64,000 nt of DNA from Felis catus. Its lineage: Eukaryota. The stretch is taken from the NCBI RefSeq assembly GCF_018350175.1, contig NC_058368.1:231200001-231264000 (forward strand), written 5' to 3'. Shown piece by piece: positions 59,070 through 64,000 of the stretch; position 1 is the first letter of the stretch; every line of letters begins with the position of its first letter. Position numbers and translations under genes: made by a program. The notes under the pieces are model-generated. The model saw only the letters and a list, made by a program, of their open reading frames with translations. It did no database searches and was not told the origin of the DNA.

Positions 59070-62000
59070 GAACAATGGATTAGAGTGACTATCTGGCCGT
59101 CTCCCAAGGAAGTGATTTTCCAGAACGTGGGCATCTTCGGGGCCCAGGGCCTGGGATTGCGTCAGGAATCACTCGTGCATTCAGTTGAAGGGGGGTGGCA
59201 TACAGGGTCACGCTTCAGTTTTTATATATTTTAATTGATTTATATTAAATCGCGTGAACAGCTCAGCTCCTCGGCATTCTTGGCCACATGCCGTGCGCAG
59301 AGTGGCGGTAGGAGCTACAGGGGGCAGAGCCAGTCGGCACCAGTAAAGGCCCTGCCTTCCAGCCGCGCCGTTGACTTTCCTTTAACCCGGTTACCCCCCC
59401 CCCCCCCCCCACCCCGTGACAGTCCCGCACTTGGTGTTCTGTGCCAGCTGAGAGTTTTACTTTGCAAACTAAGCAAGCCTCGGCTAGACGGCTGTGCACT
59501 CCCACTGGCTCCTGTGAGTCTGCAGATGCAGAAGGGTCACCTCGTGTCCCCTCACACCCCGGCCCCGGCCCTGCCACAGGTGCCCTCCATCGGGTGGGAC
59601 CAGGGGGAGGGCATTTTGCTTGGGTCCTGGGTTGAGGGTGGGGCTCTGGGTGGAGAGGGGAACTCATGGTACTTCCACTCTCGAAGCCAGGGACGAGAAG
59701 GGTGTCTGCGGCTTCCGGCATCCACACGCACCCCTTCCTTTCTTCCATCGCTAGGCTTTTGGAGTCCCATGTGCCTGATGACTTTACTTTTTTCTGTGAC
59801 AGCGGAGGGGTGACGAGAGAAAGGGAGGAGTGATGTGGACCTCACCCCTGCAGGAAAATGGAGAGGAGGGGAGGGATTCCAGGGCACTTAGAAGAGAACC
59901 GGGAGGGCAGACACAGCGACCCGTCCGAGGCCTGTGTAGAGATTATGCTGGACGGGGAATCCGGGAAGAGAAGCAGGGCCGTCTGGAACATCAGGTTTCT
60001 CGGGCCGCGAACGACAGAGAGCCTGACACTGGCTCAGAGAAGAAGACTCACTCCTAACGGGCCCGAGAGTGGTTCAGGGCCCTGCTGACCTCAGGACACG
60101 GGGCAGGTGCCTGCCCGTCCGGGCCCTCTCCTCACGGGCGCACTCTAGGCCTCTGCCTCACAGAAGACCTCCCAGAGCAGGGAGGGGGGGCCGGGACTGT
60201 CGGTACCTACTCTTATGAGGGAGGGAACTCCTTCCCAAGAACCACCCCCTTAGTCTTGGGCTCCCAGCCTCCAGAACAGTGAGAAAGAAACACCGAAGCC
60301 ACCGTTTATGGGATTTTTGCTCTAGGAGCCGGGGCAGGACCGTTATCTATGGAAGTTTCGGGCTTACTCTATCATTTTTGAGAGGTCTGTCATATATCCA
60401 ATTCCACACAGTTCAAAGGTCATTCCTTCAATGGTGTTCCAGGATAAGGGGGCTAGTGCAGCGGACAGAACCACGCTTGTTACACGGACATGCTTTACAC
60501 GCTTACTGTCGCAGAACGTTAGCCGTGAGCTCAAGGCCGAGAGCTGGTGCTTCATCGAGGCCCTCCCTCAGGGAGAGCGGCTTGCTTCTGCCGTGGTGGC
60601 AAATGACTCTTGTCAGCAGTGGGAAAAGCAAGTAAGCTTAGTATAAAAACACTGTTGACCTCTTGGCCCCTTGAGACGGTCCAGGACCCGGTCTGGGACC
60701 ACACATTACAACACCGCCAGTGTCTGTGTTAAACATTTACAACAGCACTTGGGACACCACAAATACCTCACACACACCTTCCCTGCTGCCTCCCTGCTTT
60801 TGCCGACCTTGAACACATTTTCTAAGTAGCCGTCTCGCCTCTGGTGCTTTAGGTGGGGCCTCTATTGTGCAGGTTGCCTCCAAGAAGCACCTCAAATGCC
60901 TGCAGCTCCCTGTCCTCCCTTTAGTACCACACTTCGCTCGCCCCTGGCCCCAAACTCCTGATCCTTTAGTGGAGCTGGTTCGCCAAGAACAGAAAAGAAA
61001 GGAAAAGGGATAACGAAATCCTCACGTGACACACCCGCCTCTCAGCCCTTCCAGAAGCATCTGTACTTGAGCGGTTGGTATTATAATCGAAAGCCAGACC
61101 ATTTAACCAACGCCGAGTAAGTCCAGCAAGTGTGGGAGTTGGGAACCCACAAGAGTGCTGTCCTGCGTGGGAATCTGGCCTTGGGGTCATGGTCAGCGGA
61201 AGCACAAGGGACTGGTCTTGCACTTCACGAGACAGCTCTCTGGGGTCCCCATTCGGCTGTCAGATTAGGAAAGTGGGCCCGGAGGGAAGGCTCGTTTGAA
61301 AAGCCCACCGAAGCGTCAGGTAGAGACTTCACGACCTCAGCTACCGAAGACTCTGGATCCTAGTTGACAGACTGTCTTTTACCCAGTGTCCTAATCCTCT
61401 TCCAGCACAGAGATAAGTATTTTGCGTTATAAAAAAAAGTCGGGGGGAGGACGCACATAGCTTGATGAGGGATTTGCAACTAGAACGTAAAGGTCACGGG
61501 TCACCTCGGAGAGGCCCTCTAATGAAGCAAAACCACCCCTCCAGGCTTTCCTGTTCGCAGGCCACGTGGTTTCTCTGCCCCAGACCCACCGGGAACGCGC
61601 GAGGCCCACTTTGGAGCGGAGGGGTGGTCTGGCGGCTCCTCACGCGACCACGGACCCCTTCAGGCAAGCCTGTGTTGTCTGGAGTCCGGAATCAGTCCTC
61701 ACGAAGCGTGTCTGAGTCTAGACTACGGATGCACGTGGACGCCGCACCCAGAAGCACACGGCAGATCATAGTGATGCCGACGCACAGCACACGTTAGAGG
61801 GACGTCCACGCTAGCTTGGGTTGAGTAGTTTTTAAGCTTTCAAAACTCGATGGTCTATTCCAGAACTTCCTGAGATGGGTGCGAGCTTAGCCAAACCACC
61901 AGTGCAGCCAGAGAAAAGACGACCAGCATGTTAGGGCTGACGAGCACCCAGGTGCACAGAAGGCAAGTGAAAGGTCACCAGTCAGAAAGGTTCAGATTCC

Positions 62001-62890
62001 GGTTCTGACCAGTTGTGGGAGGCTCCCCCTGGTGGCACACAAGTGAACTCGATCCCAAGACTGGCCAGAAAAATGGAACCCAGAGAACCACGCACACAAG
62101 TAAATGGCGCACAAGGCACAGAGGCTGCGGGGACCTGGGAGCCCGACGGCTGGGCGTCTGACCTGCTCTACCGCTCGCCGGCCATGAGGTCCCGGCAGAG
62201 GATCGGGCCTCGCCTGGAAGCTGTGGGAAAAGAAAGGTCTCCGTCCAGGGTGGTGGGAGAAGCGGGACGGTCGACGTCTTGGAACGAGGCCCGGTCACGT
62301 CCGTCATGGTTACTTTAGGAAGGAGAATGAAGTGACAGCAGCCCACCCACGCATGGTAACCTGGGGACCCTTCCTCGCACCCGGCCCACTGCTCGTGTTC
62401 CACGCCCCGCTCTGAACCTGCGCTGCTTTTGTCCCGCTGGGGAAGCCCCAGCCGTGCTCTAACGGCCCCTCCAGGTTTCTGCAGGGGGAGCAGGTGTCCG
62501 GCCGTTTGGGGAGGGTCAGGACAGGGGCAACCAAACACCCAGGGGACATGAGGCTGGAACCCACGCTCGCTACGTGGCTGGCAGCTCAAAGCACTTAGGA
62601 CCCCCCCCCCCCCCATCTCACACTTTCCCACACTCCTCAGGATGGGTCTCCACAATCAAAGGACCCATCTACTTAGAGACGCACGGCATTTAAATACGTT
62701 TCATAGGACCAAGCCCGGTCTTCTTTCAAAGCTTGAGACCAGACTCCATGTTTAAGCTGTTACAAGTATCTACAAATTTAAAAAAAAAAAAAAGATCTAC
62801 TCAACCAAACCCCTTCATTAGGGCAGCATTGGGTCGGTACAGCCAGTTTCTTAACTTGAAGAGAAGACAGCCGTTGTTTAAAGAGACCGC

Positions 62891-63063
62891 TTTAATAGAA
62901 CAGATACAAAAGCCTGCGAGACCGCATTCCCATAACTGAACTTCTTTCAACAGGAGAACCATGGTAACTAAACAGCTGTTTCTATTATAGCATCTACAGT
63001 GTCTGAAAAAAGACACAGTAATAAGTAACTGTAGATGCATCACAAGACATCCATTTATTTAAT
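62891..63063 (-). terminator. CCT5: Candidate poly(A) signals in the CCT5 3' UTR
   Basis: Minus-strand AATAAA (63054-63059), overlapping ATTAAA (63058-63063), and ATTAAA (62891-62896). Confidence 0.45.
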
Positions 63064-63107
63064 CACAACAGTGAACCTTACTACTACATTTACTCTCAAT
63101 TTTTTCT

Positions 63108-63257
<150 letters not shown>

Positions 63258-63339
63258 TTATCCTAAAACATATGTATTTGATATTAGTAACTTGCTCTCA
63301 TTTTTACAAAGACCCTGAAACTTAAAAAAATATAAATCT

Positions 63340-63520
63340 GGGGACGACTGGGTGAGTCAGTTAAGTGTCTCTTGATTTCCACACAGGTCACGATCTCGAG
63401 GTTTGTGAATTCGAGCCTCGTGTCGGGTTCTGCACTGACAGCGTGGAGCCTGCTTGGGATTCTGTCTCTGCCCCTCCCCTGCTTGCGTGTATGCTCCCTC
63501 TAAAAAAAAAAAAAATTAAG
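63340..63520 (+). mobile_element. CanSINE in the last intron of CCT5
   Basis: Head/CT/A-tail. Confidence 0.85.
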
Positions 63521-63971
63521 AAGAAACCACTCATCCAGCTACATTTTCAGAGGGGTAGTAAGATTCCATTATTCCAGAGGACAGTCTGGAATTTGAACCT
63601 GGGTCCCAGAAAGCTGGGGGTGAAGGGGACCTCCCTTCAATGACAAGCCAAAGTGCTAGGTGACTGGCTAAAACCTTTCAGCGACATTTCATCCCACAAA
63701 ATATTCACTCACATAATTTAGAAAGCCCAATGTAAGCGAAAAAATCAGACTGTATATGAAACAAAATAATTCCAAGAAAGATGTAAACAAATTTCAGCAG
63801 AACCAGGCATTCAAGTTAAAGAAAATGTGAATATCTGTCTGACAAAGAGTTGCTGCTCTTATTAAACTCTGCTGGCTGTGAACATGAAAACCAGGACATA
63901 GCTGCTGTTCTACATAAAAGCACAGATCATCTGATTCCGTGGGCTGGGAGTGGCTGCAAAAGTGCAGACCT

Positions 63972-64000
63972 GGGGGTGCCTGGGGGGGGGGCTCAGTTGG
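63972..64000 (+). mobile_element. CanSINE 5' end, truncated by the window edge
   Basis: gggggtgcctgggg...gctcagttgg. Confidence 0.65.

Noticed and set aside
61975..62655. 226-aa minus-strand ORF downstream of CCT5
   Set aside because: GC-rich chance ORF with a non-ATG start, beyond the CCT5 stop and poly(A) signals, with no recognisable protein features.

Overview
Mammalian genomic DNA from a felid (cat-like), judged by about 55 carnivore tRNA-derived SINEs (CanSINE/SINEC, including felid-type young copies) and carnivore L1 ends. The window holds a complete, intact CMBL gene (carboxymethylenebutenolidase homolog, dienelactone-hydrolase family) on the + strand. It has a CpG-island promoter with a probable non-coding exon 1 (~36.3-36.4 kb) and five coding exons (48671-48885, 50041-50148, 54994-55136, 57187-57278, 58341-58520). 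These splice GT-AG into a 738-nt ORF (245 aa) with the Cys132/Asp179/His212 triad. The last coding exon and 3' UTR of CCT5 lie convergently on the - strand (63108-63235). The rest is intergenic or intronic DNA dense in SINEs, L1 fragments, MaLR/ERV LTRs, Tigger/hAT DNA transposons and microsatellites; nearly all ORF-track entries are spurious. I found no convincing new biological system. The best leads are an orphan promoter-like RFX/NF-Y/CRE motif cluster at ~5.3-5.7 kb, a 45-bp direct repeat flanking CMBL exon 5, a multi-level nested transposon stack, a twin-primed inverted L1, and young SINEs that may be polymorphic. Repeat boundaries are read by eye, and repeat subfamily names are from recall of consensus sequences, not from a search.
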